From NCBI GenBank assembly GCA_038143065.1, contig JAYQLI010000035.1, forward strand, positions 2,304,894 through 2,368,893: 64,000 nucleotides of DNA. The letters are read 5' to 3'. Under the pieces are notes generated by a model. It had not been told where the DNA came from. It did no database searches and was given only the letters and a program-made list of their open reading frames with translations. How positions within the stretch are numbered: the stretch's first letter is position 1; each line of letters begins with the position of its first letter. The translations under genes were made by a program, and so were the position numbers. Shown here in pieces: positions 33,226 to 43,573 of this stretch. Origin of the DNA: Rhodospirillales bacterium. Lineage in GTDB: Bacteria; Pseudomonadota; Alphaproteobacteria; Bin95.

Positions 33226-35623
33226 GTTGGCCACCAGTTGCCTTCTCGACTGCTTTGACAACCTTGGAAGAGAGTGACTCGATATCAGCATCAGTTAGAG
33301 TAGCGTTCGTGGGTTGGAACGTAACTGAGATAGCTACCGATTTCTGACCATTTTCAATCCCTTTTCCTTGGTAAGAATCAAAAGCCTCAGCTTCAGTAAT
33401 CATTTCCCGATCAGCTAGACGTGCTGCGGTCACTGCTTTTGCTGCAGGAACATCAGCATCCATAATGAAGGCAAAATCACGGTCGACTGGTAGGAGAGAA
33501 TCTAATTTCAAAAACGTCTTTGTCTTGCCCAGTTGTTTACGGCGCGGCTCTGGTGGCGCATTTATGAAGACTTCAAAAGCCACCACCGCGGTTTCAATAT
33601 CATAGTGATTAGTGATTTTTGGGTGTATTTCACCGAAACGAGCTAATAAATTTTTTCCTAGACATATTTCTCCTGACCGCCTGGGGTGTTGCCAAGACTG
33701 AGCAGCCTGATTAACCGGTGCTTCTGCGGGAGCACCTATCGCTGCCAACGCCGCTAGTGCATCTGCTTTCACGTCGAAGACATCCACAGACCGTGATTGA
33801 TCGGACCAATGGCGAGGTATCGCGTCACCCCAGCGTACACCCGCGGCAACCCAATCCTGTCCATCCTCACTCGGATCTAGATAAATGGGGCCAACTTCAA
33901 AAAGAGCTCCAGAACGCTTGGATCGCGCAAAATTTCTAGAAGCGGCAGCTAATAGGTTAGGAATTATAGAGGGCCGCATGCAGTCTAAGTCGGCACTAAT
34001 TGGATTATCTAAAACGAGGCACTCGTTGCCTCCACCAAAGAGAACTGCATCTTCTTGCTTCATGAATGAGAAGGTAAGGGCCTCAGTCATGCCTCGACCG
34101 GCCAGAGCTCGACGCGCTCGAACCCGCCGAGCCTGTAATAAATTTAGCGCTGCGGTTGGTTGATTTCCAATTTGAGACAACGGAACAGCTTTTATGGTGT
34201 CAAATCCATGGATACGAGTGACCTCTTCAACCAAGTCGGCCTCGCCATCGATGTCAGGGCGCCATGAGGGTGGTACAGTTTCTATTTTGTTGTTTGCTTC
34301 GCTTGGTTCAAAGCCGAGGACATTCAGAATTCGAATTTGCTCAGTTTTGTCTATTTCGATACCAGCTAATTCCAAAGTACGATTTGGGCGAAGGCTAATA
34401 TTGCGTTTCCATTTAGGCGTCTCGCCAGCGAAAACTACTTCGCTTGGTTCGCCGCCGCATAGTTCCAAGATCATAGCAGTAGCGGCTTCAATACCAGGTA
34501 AAAGACTTTCTGGGTCTACCCCTCTCTCAAAGCGATAGCGAGCGTCAGAATGAATGTTTAACTTGCGCCCGGTGGAGGCTGTCCGAAGGGGGTCAAACCA
34601 AGCGCTTTCAACAAAAACCTCTGTGGTCTCATCGGTGCAGCCAGTTTCTTCGCCGCCTATGATCCCGCCGAGTGCGTGGGGAAGCGTCTGATCCCCTATT
34701 ACTGTCATTTCACTATCAAGTTCATATGTTTTGTTATCGAGAGCAGCCAGTGTTTCACCCGGGCGAGCGAGCCGCGCAGTGATGTCTCCGCTGAGTTTAC
34801 TAACATCAAAGACATGAAGAGGGCGGGCTGCGTCCATTGTAAAAAAGTTAGTGATATCTACCAAAGCAGAGATTGGTCTAAGTCCTATTGCCCGGAGCCT
34901 GTCCTGCAACCAACGTGGGCTCGGGCCGTTTTTAACTCCGCGAATATGCCGCCCAGCAAAGGCTGCGCATGCCGTCCTAGCGTTTTCTGGAAAATCCAGA
35001 TGGACATTTATAGGACTTTTAAACGTACCCGTAACTTTCTGGTCCCAACCAGGTACTCTTTTAAGAGCACCAAGCCCTGCTGCTGCGAGGTCCCGGGCTA
35101 TGCCGCGGACACCAGCGCAGTCACCACGATTAGGAGTTAGTCCAATTTCGATAATTGGATCATCAAGGCCTGCTACTTTTGAGTAAGGCGCACCAATTTG
35201 TGTATCTGCCGGCAGTTCAATAATACCGTCATGATCGTCGGAGAGCTGAAGCTCTCGCTCAGAACACAGCATTCCATGCGATCCGACACCACGAATTTCC
35301 GCATCTTTTAGCGTAAAGTCTGTCCCTGGAATGTAGGTGCCAGATGGCGCAAAAACGCCAACCATGCCTTCTCTTGCATTTGGCGCACCACATACAACTT
35401 GAATCTCTGAGGAACCTGTGTCGACAACGCACACTTTTAGCCGATCGGCATTTGGATGTTGGGTTGCTGAAATTACACGAGCCGTTTGAAAAGCTGATAA
35501 GGCGGGGCCCTTGTCGACTACAGAGTCTACCTCGAGACCAATCATTGTAAGTTTGTCGCAAATCTCTTGGAGACTAGCTTCCGTATCCAGGTGTTCTTTA
35601 AGCCAAGATAGTGTGAACTTCAT
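33215..35623 (-). CDS. pheT: Phenylalanine-tRNA ligase beta subunit
   Basis: [50 protein letters not shown]. Confidence 0.98.
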   Translation of the reverse strand: MKFTLSWLKEHLDTEASLQEICDKLTMIGLEVDSVVDKGPALSAFQTARVISATQHPNADRLKVCVVDTGSSEIQVVCGAPNAREGMVGVFAPSGTYIPGTDFTLKDAEIRGVGSHGMLCSERELQLSDDHDGIIELPADTQIGAPYSKVAGLDDPIIEIGLTPNRGDCAGVRGIARDLAAAGLGALKRVPGWDQKVTGTFKSPINVHLDFPENARTACAAFAGRHIRGVKNGPSPRWLQDRLRAIGLRPISALVDITNFFTMDAARPLHVFDVSKLSGDITARLARPGETLAALDNKTYELDSEMTVIGDQTLPHALGGIIGGEETGCTDETTEVFVESAWFDPLRTASTGRKLNIHSDARYRFERGVDPESLLPGIEAATAMILELCGGEPSEVVFAGETPKWKRNISLRPNRTLELAGIEIDKTEQIRILNVLGFEPSEANNKIETVPPSWRPDIDGEADLVEEVTRIHGFDTIKAVPLSQIGNQPTAALNLLQARRVRARRALAGRGMTEALTFSFMKQEDAVLFGGGNECLVLDNPISADLDCMRPSIIPNLLAAASRNFARSKRSGALFEVGPIYLDPSEDGQDWVAAGVRWGDAIPRHWSDQSRSVDVFDVKADALAALAAIGAPAEAPVNQAAQSWQHPRRSGEICLGKNLLARFGEIHPKITNHYDIETAVVAFEVFINAPPEPRRKQLGKTKTFLKLDSLLPVDRDFAFIMDADVPAAKAVTAARLADREMITEAEAFDSYQGKGIENGQKSVAISVTFQPTNATLTDADIESLSSKVVKAVEKATGGQLRG

Positions 35624-36698
35624 CGGTGCAGTCCCCTAGCGTGCCAGGTACATCTAGAGGAACGAAGCCATAGTGCTTAAGCCATCGCAGATCAGAATCG
35701 TAAAAAGTCCTAAGGTCGGGAATTCCATATTTCAACATGGCAATTCGCTCTATGCCCATGCCAAAAGCAAATCCCTGGTACTTATTTGAATCAATACCGC
35801 AATTCTCCAAAACGCGCGGATGAACCATCCCAGATCCAAGAATTTCTAGCCAATCGTCGCCGTGACCAATCCTGAGTTCGCCATTGGTACGTGTGCAGCC
35901 AATATCAACTTCTGCAGAAGGCTCTGTGAATGGGAAATGACTATTGCGGAAGCGAACGGGTAGATCAGAAATTTCAAAGAATGTCCGACAAAATTCTATT
36001 AAACAGCCCTTTAGGTGCCCCATATGGGATACCTCATCAATCACCAATCCTTCAACTTGATGAAACATGGGTGAGTGAGTTGCATCGTGGTCTGATCTAA
36101 ATGTTCGGCCTGGAACTATCACGCGAATTGGTGGTTTTTCACTCATCATAGTTCGGATCTGCACCGGACTGGTATGCGTTCGCAAGACAGGTCTAGTCCC
36201 ATCCACCCCAGCACGGAGATAAAAAGTATCCATTTCCTGACGAGCAGGATGTTCTTCCGGGATATTCAGAGCTGTGAAGTTTTTCCAATCATCTTCTAAG
36301 TCTGGTCCTTCGGCAACCTGAAAGCCCATTTGTCCAAAGATCTGCACTATTTCATCAATGGTTTGGCTAATGGGATGAATCCTGCCCTCAACCTCTGACC
36401 TTATTGGAAGAGTCACATCAACCTGTTCTGCAGCAAGCTTGGCGTCTAGGGCGGATGCCTCAAGGTCTGCTTTACGCAGCTCAATGGCTGCTTCCACGGC
36501 TTGCTTTAATGCATTTACCGCCTGGCCATAATCTTTTCTTTGCTCAGGGGGCAATCCCCCTAAAGCCTGCATAAGCGCTCCGACACGCCCTTTTTTGCCG
36601 ATTGCAGCTAAGCGCGCTGACTCTAGCGCCTTGAGGTCACCTGCAGACTGCACTGCAGCCAAAAGGTCCGCCTGTACAGCGCCAAGATCTTCAGTCAT
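35598..36698 (-). CDS. pheS: Phenylalanine-tRNA ligase alpha subunit
   Basis: [50 protein letters not shown]. True stop probably about 35620 (one G missing near 35635). Confidence 0.97.
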   Translation of the reverse strand: MTEDLGAVQADLLAAVQSAGDLKALESARLAAIGKKGRVGALMQALGGLPPEQRKDYGQAVNALKQAVEAAIELRKADLEASALDAKLAAEQVDVTLPIRSEVEGRIHPISQTIDEIVQIFGQMGFQVAEGPDLEDDWKNFTALNIPEEHPARQEMDTFYLRAGVDGTRPVLRTHTSPVQIRTMMSEKPPIRVIVPGRTFRSDHDATHSPMFHQVEGLVIDEVSHMGHLKGCLIEFCRTFFEISDLPVRFRNSHFPFTEPSAEVDIGCTRTNGELRIGHGDDWLEILGSGMVHPRVLENCGIDSNKYQGFAFGMGIERIAMLKYGIPDLRTFYDSDLRWLKHYGFVPLDVPGTLGDCTDEVHTILA

Positions 36699-36723
36699 TT
36701 TACCCGTCTCCCAGCTCGCCCTA

Positions 36724-37080
36724 TCAGGCCAGCGCGGCGCGGGCCTTTTCAATAATGGCCTCAAAACCAGCAGCGTCGTTCATGGCGAGATCGGCAAGCA
36801 TTTTACGATCTATATCAATGCCTGCTTTATGAATGCCATTCATGAATTGGCTGTAGCTCAGGCCATGGGCGCGAACACCAGCATTGATTCGCTGAATCCA
36901 AAGTGCACGAAAGTTACGCTTCTTTGTGCGCCGGTCGCGATAGGCGTATTGAAGGCCTTTCTCAACCCGCTCCAGTGACAAGCGGTAATTATTATTCGAA
37001 CGGCCTCGATAGCCCTTCGCAGCTTTGGTAATCTTTTTGTGGCGGGCGCGGCTTGTAACACCACCTTTAACGCGGGACAT
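36724..37080 (-). CDS. rplT: 50S ribosomal protein L20
   Basis: [38 protein letters not shown]. Confidence 0.98.
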   Translation of the reverse strand: MSRVKGGVTSRARHKKITKAAKGYRGRSNNNYRLSLERVEKGLQYAYRDRRTKKRNFRALWIQRINAGVRAHGLSYSQFMNGIHKAGIDIDRKMLADLAMNDAAGFEAIIEKARAALA

Positions 37081-37118
37081 GTCTGTTCTCCTAACGACTC
37101 AGATTGAAGCAGGCCTGT

Positions 37119-37316
37119 TCAGGCATAAGGCATGAACTGGCGCACAATTTTTGCATCGGCTTCGGATAGAACCCGAGTCCCACGCGCATGGCGCTTCATT
37201 TTAGTGGATTTGGAGGACAGGCAGTGGCGTTTATAAGCCACATTAAATTTAAATTTACCTGAAGCCGTCTTTTTGAAACGGCCTTTCGTACTAGACTTGG
37301 TCTTCATTTTGGGCAT
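37119..37316 (-). CDS. rpmI: 50S ribosomal protein L35
   Basis: MPKMKTKS...RFKKTASGK...KRH, directly upstream of rplT. Confidence 0.97.
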   Translation of the reverse strand: MPKMKTKSSTKGRFKKTASGKFKFNVAYKRHCLSSKSTKMKRHARGTRVLSEADAKIVRQFMPYA

Positions 37317-37340
37317 TTTGACACCTCGCTAAGTTGCGTG

Positions 37341-37393
37341 CGGCAGGTTGCCGTTTTGAACTGCCATGGCATGCCCTTCTCGCCAGACAGTTC
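37341..37393 (-). promoter_or_regulatory. Structured 5' leader of rpmI-rplT (candidate L20 autoregulatory element)
   Basis: mRNA hairpin GAACUGUC-UGGC[GAGAAGGGCAU]GCCA-u-GGCAGUUC, then CGGCA[ACC]UGCCG, between promoter and SD. Confidence 0.5.
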
Positions 37394-37408
37394 TCTCAAG
37401 AAGGCGGG

Positions 37409-37437
37409 TTTATACTCAGCATGGACGACAAGAGCAA
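37409..37437 (-). promoter_or_regulatory. Sigma70-type promoter of rpmI-rplT-pheST
   Basis: TTGCTC-N17-TATAAA on the minus strand. Confidence 0.55.
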
Positions 37438-37458
37438 GGATTGATTTTTGGGTCCTAT

Positions 37459-37971
37459 TTAGATTTTGGCTAGAGCAATTGCATCAATCAATGATGCCGA
37501 TAAGAAGGGACCATTCGTTGTAGCTGTTCCAATTAAAAATTTTGCTTCTGTTAGTCGCTCTATAATAACCGCCAAACCTAATATTTCGGTAGCAGCCACG
37601 CTTCCAACATGAAGTCTGTTAAAATCAAAAGGCGTCAAGTTGTTTAGGATTGCCATTGCTCTGGCACCGTCAAGATCAAGCCAACAGTGTGTTTGGGTTA
37701 CATCGACTAAAATGTAGCCAGGCTCAGGGATTGGATTCTTTGCAATCAAAAACCACTTATCTGGTCCAAGGCATATTAAACGTTTTTCATCCTGGGATGC
37801 GGTTCCTCCAACTCCCAGGTCGGTAGGCATGCCTAATTCCTCGCCGATCACTTCCGCTGTCGCCTGGATGCTGTATAGAGCCCCGACCTCAGCAATTGAC
37901 AGCGTTATATTCTTTCCTTTGATGGGAAATTGAGACTCGATGTCCTCAAAAGGCGACCACGATTTCACCAT
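37459..37971 (-). CDS. soxG: Sarcosine oxidase gamma subunit family protein
   Basis: LICLGPDKWFL, VDVT, LDGARAMAIL. Follows soxA. Confidence 0.75.
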   Translation of the reverse strand: MVKSWSPFEDIESQFPIKGKNITLSIAEVGALYSIQATAEVIGEELGMPTDLGVGGTASQDEKRLICLGPDKWFLIAKNPIPEPGYILVDVTQTHCWLDLDGARAMAILNNLTPFDFNRLHVGSVAATEILGLAVIIERLTEAKFLIGTATTNGPFLSASLIDAIALAKI

Positions 37972-37974
37972 ACA

Positions 37975-40851
37975 TCAGTTCTTTTTGGTTTCAATGAATA
38001 CGGGCGGTCTAACTTCCACCTCATGGATCTTTCCAAGGCTCCAGGCAAACAGCTTCTCTTCTTGTCGTTTAAAACCATCTTTGACGAGTGCTAAAGCAAA
38101 GCCAGACGATAGTGTTTCGCTCCAATAACTCGATGTCACATGGCCAATCATTGGTTCTGGAGATCTGGGCCTAGGGTATTCAATTATCTGTGCGCCTTCG
38201 TCTAAAACTACTGAAGGGTCCTTTGGCACCAGCCCAACGAGTTGCTTTCTGTCGGATTCTAACATTGATGGCCGCTTCAAAGCTCGTTTGCCAATAAAAT
38301 CACCTTTTGTTTTGGATAAAATCCAATCCATTCCGAGATCAACTGGTGTCACTGTACCATCCGTTTCATGGCCGATTACGATAAAGCCCATCTCCGCCCG
38401 AAGAACATGCATTGCCTCCGTGCCATAAGGTGCAGCCCCTGCTTCCTTAATCGCATCCCATAGTTTGCTGCCATCTTGCCATTGCACATAAATTTCAAAA
38501 CCCAGCTCGCCGGAGAAGCTCACTCGAAAAATCCGTGCTGGTTGATCAAAAAGAACAGTTTCCTGCCAGGCAAGATTTGGCAGGGAAGATGAGGAAAGAT
38601 CCACTTTGGGAAGTAAATTTTTAATTACGCTGCGCGCGTTGGGCCCTGCAACAGCAATACCAGCCCATTGTTCTGTTAAGGAAGTCAATCGGACTCTTAG
38701 GTCTGGCCATTCTGTCTGACGCCAATCCTCCATCCAAGCTAACACTGCTGCTGCGCCACCAGACGTTGTTGTTACAAGAAACCGATCTTCGTCAATTCTG
38801 GCCACAACACCGTCGTCAAAAACCATGCCATCATCTTTTAGCATCATGCCGTAACGGCACTTGCCGGGTTTGATCGTATCGATACGATTAGTATATAGGC
38901 GGTTTAAAAATTCAGCAGCGTCTGGACCTGCCACGTCAATCTTTCCTAACGTAGATACGTCTAGCATTCCTACATCAGTTCTTACGCTCCTGCATTCCCG
39001 TGCAACAGCTTCGGACATGGTCTCGCCAGATTTTGGATAGTAACGTGGACGTTTCCAGTCACCTACATCTTCGAAGACTGCTCCTAAAGCTAGATGTCTT
39101 GCGTGGATCGACGTGTGTCTTTCCGGTTGAAAAAGTCGACCCACCCTTCGGCCGGCGAATGCTCCAAATGGTACGGGCGTAAGGGGTGGCCGCACGCCAG
39201 AAAGGCCAATCTTCTGGATGTTTTGCTGTGTAGCTGTTGCAAGAGCTGCAGCGGTGGCGAGTTGCGCGGTTCGGCCCTGATCTGTTCCCATTCCGGAAGT
39301 GGTGTAGCGCTTTGTATGTTCGATTGATTTAAAACCTTCTCGAGCAGCTAGTTCGATATCAGCTACGGTAACGTCATGCTGAAAATCTACGAATGCTTTT
39401 TGTTTATCGGTCTGTAAAATAGGAGCGATTGGCAAACCTTGCCCAATGGGGCCATTGTTCCCTGTAACTTCACCAAATGAAAAATTGTTGTCCTCTAGCG
39501 TAGCTGCATCTTTAAGGGCGTCCCTTGCAGTGAAACGAGCGTTTGCCGCTCCTATTAACTTGACGGCACCTTTTTCGCTGGTGGTAGCAATGAATGCGCC
39601 AACTTCGGGTGACCAAGTCTGTTGTCCACCAGCCATCAGATAAAGATGTAGCATGGGGGACCAGCCTCCAGAGGTCACAACAAGATCAGCCGAAATTCGC
39701 CGACTTTTTTTTCGCTCGGGCAAGCTATTCGCACCCAGTTTAGAGATCTCCACCATTTTTAGGCGACTAGAACCAAAGGTTCCTGTAATGGTTTCATCAA
39801 CCTGGACTTCTGCTACAACCTCCGCGCCAGCTATTTTTAAAGCAGTGCGAACATTATTCAGCTCTTCGTGATTCCCATAGAGAACGGCTTTTTTACCAGG
39901 AAGAATTGCGAAACGGTTAATGGCGGTTTCGACGGCTCCTGACAGCATAACTCCAGGAAGGTCGTTTCCAGGAAAGACCATGGGACGCTCTAAAGCACCT
40001 GTTGCAATGACAATTTTCTTGGCACGAACATGCCAAATTCTTCCACCATCAACCTTCGTTGCAGATTTTTCAAAGACTGTAAGGAAGCCATGGTCATACA
40101 GACCAAAGCCCGTCGCACGAAGCCGAGCTATTCCCTTTTCTTCAAGTTTGCCCCACGTACTCGCAGCCCAATTTTCCGCCGTTTCACCATCGATAGTGCA
40201 GCCAGGTAGAGAATGTACCCGTCCTCCTGGCAGTGAATCCCTTTCAAAGATGGCCACCTTTTTCCCTGAATTAAGAGCGCACAGAGCTGCAGCAAGTCCA
40301 GCTAAGCCAGCGCCAATTACCGCTACATCTACGTGAACATCAGTGTGTTGGTATGTGGCAGTATCCGAACCTACTGGTGCTGGGCTTTGCCCAGCCATAC
40401 GCCTTATTAAGGGCTCCCATATGCGGTTCCAGGTATCAAATTTAGGCCTCCTAATGTGGCCCATAAAGGTTTTGTAATAAAATCCTGCAGCTACGGCTCT
40501 AGGTACCCAATCGAGGGCGCGAAAAATGTCAAATTTTGAGCTGGGCCATCCTCGTGTTGATTTGGCATCTAAGCCATTCACCAGCTCTACTTCACTGGCA
40601 ATACGATTGGGCAGCGTATTTGATTCCGTGCTCAGGGTAACGATTGCGTTGGGCTCTTCTAATCCCAAAGATAAAAGGCCGCGTGGGCGGTGGCGCTTGA
40701 ATGACCGGCCAACAATGTGGATGTCATTTGCGAGCATGGCGGAAGCGAGTGTATCGCCAGCAAAACCGATGTAGGTTTTGCCGTTGTATTGGAAATCAAT
40801 AGATTGGTCTCTATCAATAAGACCGCCTTTGGTAAGTCGCGAAGAGGCCAT
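37975..40851 (-). CDS. soxA: Sarcosine oxidase alpha subunit family protein
   Basis: GDTLASA, RSFKRHRPRG, GAGLAG, ATGALERP, KRYTTSGMGTDQG, DVSTLGKI, GcvT-like C-terminus SFSGELGFE, GHVTSSY. Confidence 0.93.
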   Translation of the reverse strand: MASSRLTKGGLIDRDQSIDFQYNGKTYIGFAGDTLASAMLANDIHIVGRSFKRHRPRGLLSLGLEEPNAIVTLSTESNTLPNRIASEVELVNGLDAKSTRGWPSSKFDIFRALDWVPRAVAAGFYYKTFMGHIRRPKFDTWNRIWEPLIRRMAGQSPAPVGSDTATYQHTDVHVDVAVIGAGLAGLAAALCALNSGKKVAIFERDSLPGGRVHSLPGCTIDGETAENWAASTWGKLEEKGIARLRATGFGLYDHGFLTVFEKSATKVDGGRIWHVRAKKIVIATGALERPMVFPGNDLPGVMLSGAVETAINRFAILPGKKAVLYGNHEELNNVRTALKIAGAEVVAEVQVDETITGTFGSSRLKMVEISKLGANSLPERKKSRRISADLVVTSGGWSPMLHLYLMAGGQQTWSPEVGAFIATTSEKGAVKLIGAANARFTARDALKDAATLEDNNFSFGEVTGNNGPIGQGLPIAPILQTDKQKAFVDFQHDVTVADIELAAREGFKSIEHTKRYTTSGMGTDQGRTAQLATAAALATATQQNIQKIGLSGVRPPLTPVPFGAFAGRRVGRLFQPERHTSIHARHLALGAVFEDVGDWKRPRYYPKSGETMSEAVARECRSVRTDVGMLDVSTLGKIDVAGPDAAEFLNRLYTNRIDTIKPGKCRYGMMLKDDGMVFDDGVVARIDEDRFLVTTTSGGAAAVLAWMEDWRQTEWPDLRVRLTSLTEQWAGIAVAGPNARSVIKNLLPKVDLSSSSLPNLAWQETVLFDQPARIFRVSFSGELGFEIYVQWQDGSKLWDAIKEAGAAPYGTEAMHVLRAEMGFIVIGHETDGTVTPVDLGMDWILSKTKGDFIGKRALKRPSMLESDRKQLVGLVPKDPSVVLDEGAQIIEYPRPRSPEPMIGHVTSSYWSETLSSGFALALVKDGFKRQEEKLFAWSLGKIHEVEVRPPVFIETKKN

Positions 40852-40853
40852 GA

Positions 40854-41138
40854 TTATATTTTTTGATTAGGGAAGGGGGGCTTTGGAGCGCCCATTACAT
40901 AGGACTGAGCAACTTCATTAGTCGCTGTATTGCGACAAAGGTTGAACCAGCGACCACAACCGGAATCATGACGCCAACGCTCTCTAGTCCAACCTTTTAC
41001 GTTGTCTCTTAAAAATAAACGATTGGCCCAAGTATAATCATCTGCTGCAACATCAGGGCGCTGGATATGGGCTTCCCCTCCATAGACGAATTCGGTCTCT
41101 GGTCTTGGGCCACAATGAGGACAGGGAATAATTAACAT
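40854..41138 (-). CDS. soxD: Sarcosine oxidase delta subunit
   Basis: IPCPHCGPR, EFVYGGEAHI, ERWRHDSGCGRWF (Zn ligands). Confidence 0.93.
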   Translation of the reverse strand: MLIIPCPHCGPRPETEFVYGGEAHIQRPDVAADDYTWANRLFLRDNVKGWTRERWRHDSGCGRWFNLCRNTATNEVAQSYVMGAPKPPFPNQKI

Positions 41139-41149
41139 TTGCGGATGTC

Positions 41150-42148
41150 TCAGACGTTATAATATTTTCGATACCAGGCTACGAACTTAGCTATGCCGTC
41201 ATTTAAGCTAGTTGACGGTCTATAATCGGTCCATTCTGCTATGGCATTTGTATCTGATTCAGTATCGATCGCTTCTCCTGGATGCATTTCGACGTATTCA
41301 CGAATTGCTTTCTTTCCAATTACGGCCTCAAAAGCCTGCACGTAGCTCTCAAGATTAACCGGATTGCTAGATCCTAAATTAAATAATCGGAAAGGTGCAT
41401 GCCCACTAGACCCAGGTGTCGGCTCTTTGGCCCAGTAAGGATCAATAGACGCAGGACGATCGTATGCTGCTAACAATCCCGATACAATATCATCTATATA
41501 AGTGAAATCCCGGGTCATTTTACCGTGGTTGTGTAGTTTGATCGGCTCACCAGCTATTATTTGACGGGCAAACCGGAAAAAACTCATGTCTGGACGTCCC
41601 CACGGTCCATATACTGTGAAAAAGCGGAGACCGGTTGTCGGTAGTCTATTTATATGGGCAAGAGCGTGGGCCATAACTTCATTTGCTTTTTTTGTCGCCG
41701 CGTACAGACTTAGCGGGTGATCGGCACTGCCGGTCTCACTAAATGGCCGAACTGGGTTGCCGCCGTACACTGAACTACTTGAAGCAAAGATAAAATGTTC
41801 CGCCTGCCGCTCAACGGCCAATTCGGCAACATTATAAAATCCTAATAAATTGCTAGGAATGAATTCTTCAGGATGCTCAAAGCTGTGACGCACCCCCGCC
41901 TGTGCTGCGAGGTGAATCACGCCATTAATGTCTATCTTGTTCAACGTTGATTTAAACGCATCCCTTTTAGAAATGTCTTCCTGAAGAAAAATGAAGTTGG
42001 AGAACTTTTCTAAGATCTCAAGGCGAGCTCGTTTAAGGGAAGGGTCATAATAGGAATTAATATTATCGATGCCCACTACAGAGGCACCTCTTTCAAGGAA
42101 TGCTAGAGACGTGTGGAATCCTATGAAACCAGCTGCGCCCGTGATCAA
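41150..42148 (-). CDS. NAD-dependent epimerase (UDP-glucuronate 4-epimerase-like)
   Basis: TGAAGFIG, YYDPSLKRAR, HLAAQAGVR, ASSSSVYG, YAATK, RFFTVYGPWGRPDM, RDFTYIDD. True start is somewhat upstream (about 42181-42203). Confidence 0.9.
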   Translation of the reverse strand: MITGAAGFIGFHTSLAFLERGASVVGIDNINSYYDPSLKRARLEILEKFSNFIFLQEDISKRDAFKSTLNKIDINGVIHLAAQAGVRHSFEHPEEFIPSNLLGFYNVAELAVERQAEHFIFASSSSVYGGNPVRPFSETGSADHPLSLYAATKKANEVMAHALAHINRLPTTGLRFFTVYGPWGRPDMSFFRFARQIIAGEPIKLHNHGKMTRDFTYIDDIVSGLLAAYDRPASIDPYWAKEPTPGSSGHAPFRLFNLGSSNPVNLESYVQAFEAVIGKKAIREYVEMHPGEAIDTESDTNAIAEWTDYRPSTSLNDGIAKFVAWYRKYYNV

Positions 42149-42222
42149 AACACTATTCGTTGAATGTGGTGTTCTGCTCAGCTGGTTACCCCTTGAACGG
42201 CATAAAACCGAATGAACTTGTA

Positions 42223-42696
42223 CTATGATAACCTAGAAGGAAGCTCATCTATCGCAGAGTCTAATGAAGGGTCTGCCTTAGCGTTAGCCATTTCGGAGGA
42301 GATAACTTCGCGTGCTGCCAATATAGCTACCGAAGCGGCTTCCGCACGAACTGCACGTAATGCCTCCGCCTCCGCCTGTGCAATCTTCGATTGCGCCTGA
42401 GCACGACGACGTTCTGCGTTAGCTTCAAAGGCAGCTATCGCCGTTTCTTGGCTGCGCTTAGCCTCTTCCTGGGCCTGCACGATTATAGCTTTTGCTTCAT
42501 CGCTCGCAGATTCTGCCAATTTTTTATTTTCAGCGAATAAACGCTCGGCTTCTTCCCGAAGAGAGCTAGCTTCCTCTATCTCTGCGCGTATTTGGGCGAT
42601 CTTATGATCTAGGCCATTGGCAATGGCTTTCCTGCCCTTCCAGAACACCAGACCTAAAAAGATTAATAGCGCCAGGCCGACGATGTAAGTTTCCAT
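42223..42696 (-). CDS. atpF: F0 ATP synthase subunit b
   Basis: N-terminal TM helix plus Ala/Glu-rich coiled coil. Last gene of the alphaproteobacterial F0 operon. Confidence 0.88.
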   Translation of the reverse strand: METYIVGLALLIFLGLVFWKGRKAIANGLDHKIAQIRAEIEEASSLREEAERLFAENKKLAESASDEAKAIIVQAQEEAKRSQETAIAAFEANAERRRAQAQSKIAQAEAEALRAVRAEAASVAILAAREVISSEMANAKADPSLDSAIDELPSRLS

Positions 42697-42717
42697 GTCG
42701 TCTTTCTCCCGACTTAC

Positions 42718-43212
42718 CTAGTGGGTCCGTTGATTAATGGCAGAGTCAACAGCAGCAGTTGTTTTACTGCTGTCGATGTTACTATGTGTTAAGCGCTCGG
42801 CGATTGCCTGTGCCGCATCAATTGCGATATCTCTCACGTTGCTCATAGCTTCATCTTTGGCAACCGAGATCTGCTTTTCTGCTTCAGATGTTTGCTTTGC
42901 AATTTCTTCAGCTAAAGATGCCTGACGACTATCAAGAGCGGCTTGAGTATCAGCTTGGGCTACACGAAGTGCCTCACGAGCTTCATCCCTAGCTTTTGAG
43001 ATTGTCGCAGCATGCGACTCAGCCAGCGCGGCTGCGTCCTGCTGAAGCTTAGCAGCTCGATCAAGGTCGCCTTGAATACGCTCAGCTCTCGCCTCTAGCG
43101 CGGCCTGTACCCGCGGAATAGCGTGCTTCAACATAAGCCAATAAAGCACACCCAAAACTATCGCCAGCCAGAAGATTTGGCTTACGAACCACGTGGGATC
43201 AAATTGCGGCAT
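42718..43212 (-). CDS. atpF2: F0 ATP synthase subunit b'
   Basis: MPQFDPTWFVSQIFWL, IPRV, RIQGDL. Confidence 0.9.
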   Translation of the reverse strand: MPQFDPTWFVSQIFWLAIVLGVLYWLMLKHAIPRVQAALEARAERIQGDLDRAAKLQQDAAALAESHAATISKARDEAREALRVAQADTQAALDSRQASLAEEIAKQTSEAEKQISVAKDEAMSNVRDIAIDAAQAIAERLTHSNIDSSKTTAAVDSAINQRTH

Positions 43213-43246
43213 CAAACACCCCTGCCTTTATTGCGGTTGCTTTATG

Positions 43247-43304
43247 CCTCCGCTGACTGGCCACCTCTAAAGCGCTAGCTTTTGAAATGACCAGAACGCT
43301 GAGG
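43247..43304 (-). other. Long imperfect intergenic hairpin after atpE
   Basis: CUGGUCAUUUC-AAAAGC[UAGC]GCUUUA-GAGGUGGCCAG, extendable by CCUC/GAGG. No U tail. Confidence 0.55.
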
Positions 43305-43529
43305 TCAGGCGAATAGTGCGATTAGCGCAACAATCAGAGCGAAAAGCGCGATAGCTTCTGTAACGGCGAAGCCAATCCAGATGTTGGCGCCAATTTCGCT
43401 TTTTGAAGCCGGATTACGGGCTAGAGCAGTGATATAGCTCGCCCAAACGTTGCCGACACCGATACCTGCTCCGATCATGCCAATGGCGGCTAGACCAGCA
43501 CCAATGAGCTTTGCAGCTTCCGCTTCCAT
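43305..43529 (-). CDS. atpE: F0 ATP synthase subunit c
   Basis: GAGIGVG, ARNP loop, conserved Glu in FAVTEAIALF. Confidence 0.97.
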   Translation of the reverse strand: MEAEAAKLIGAGLAAIGMIGAGIGVGNVWASYITALARNPASKSEIGANIWIGFAVTEAIALFALIVALIALFA

Positions 43530-43573
43530 GAGTTTAACTCCTTCAATTAACGTAGTGAGGATTGGAAAAAACG

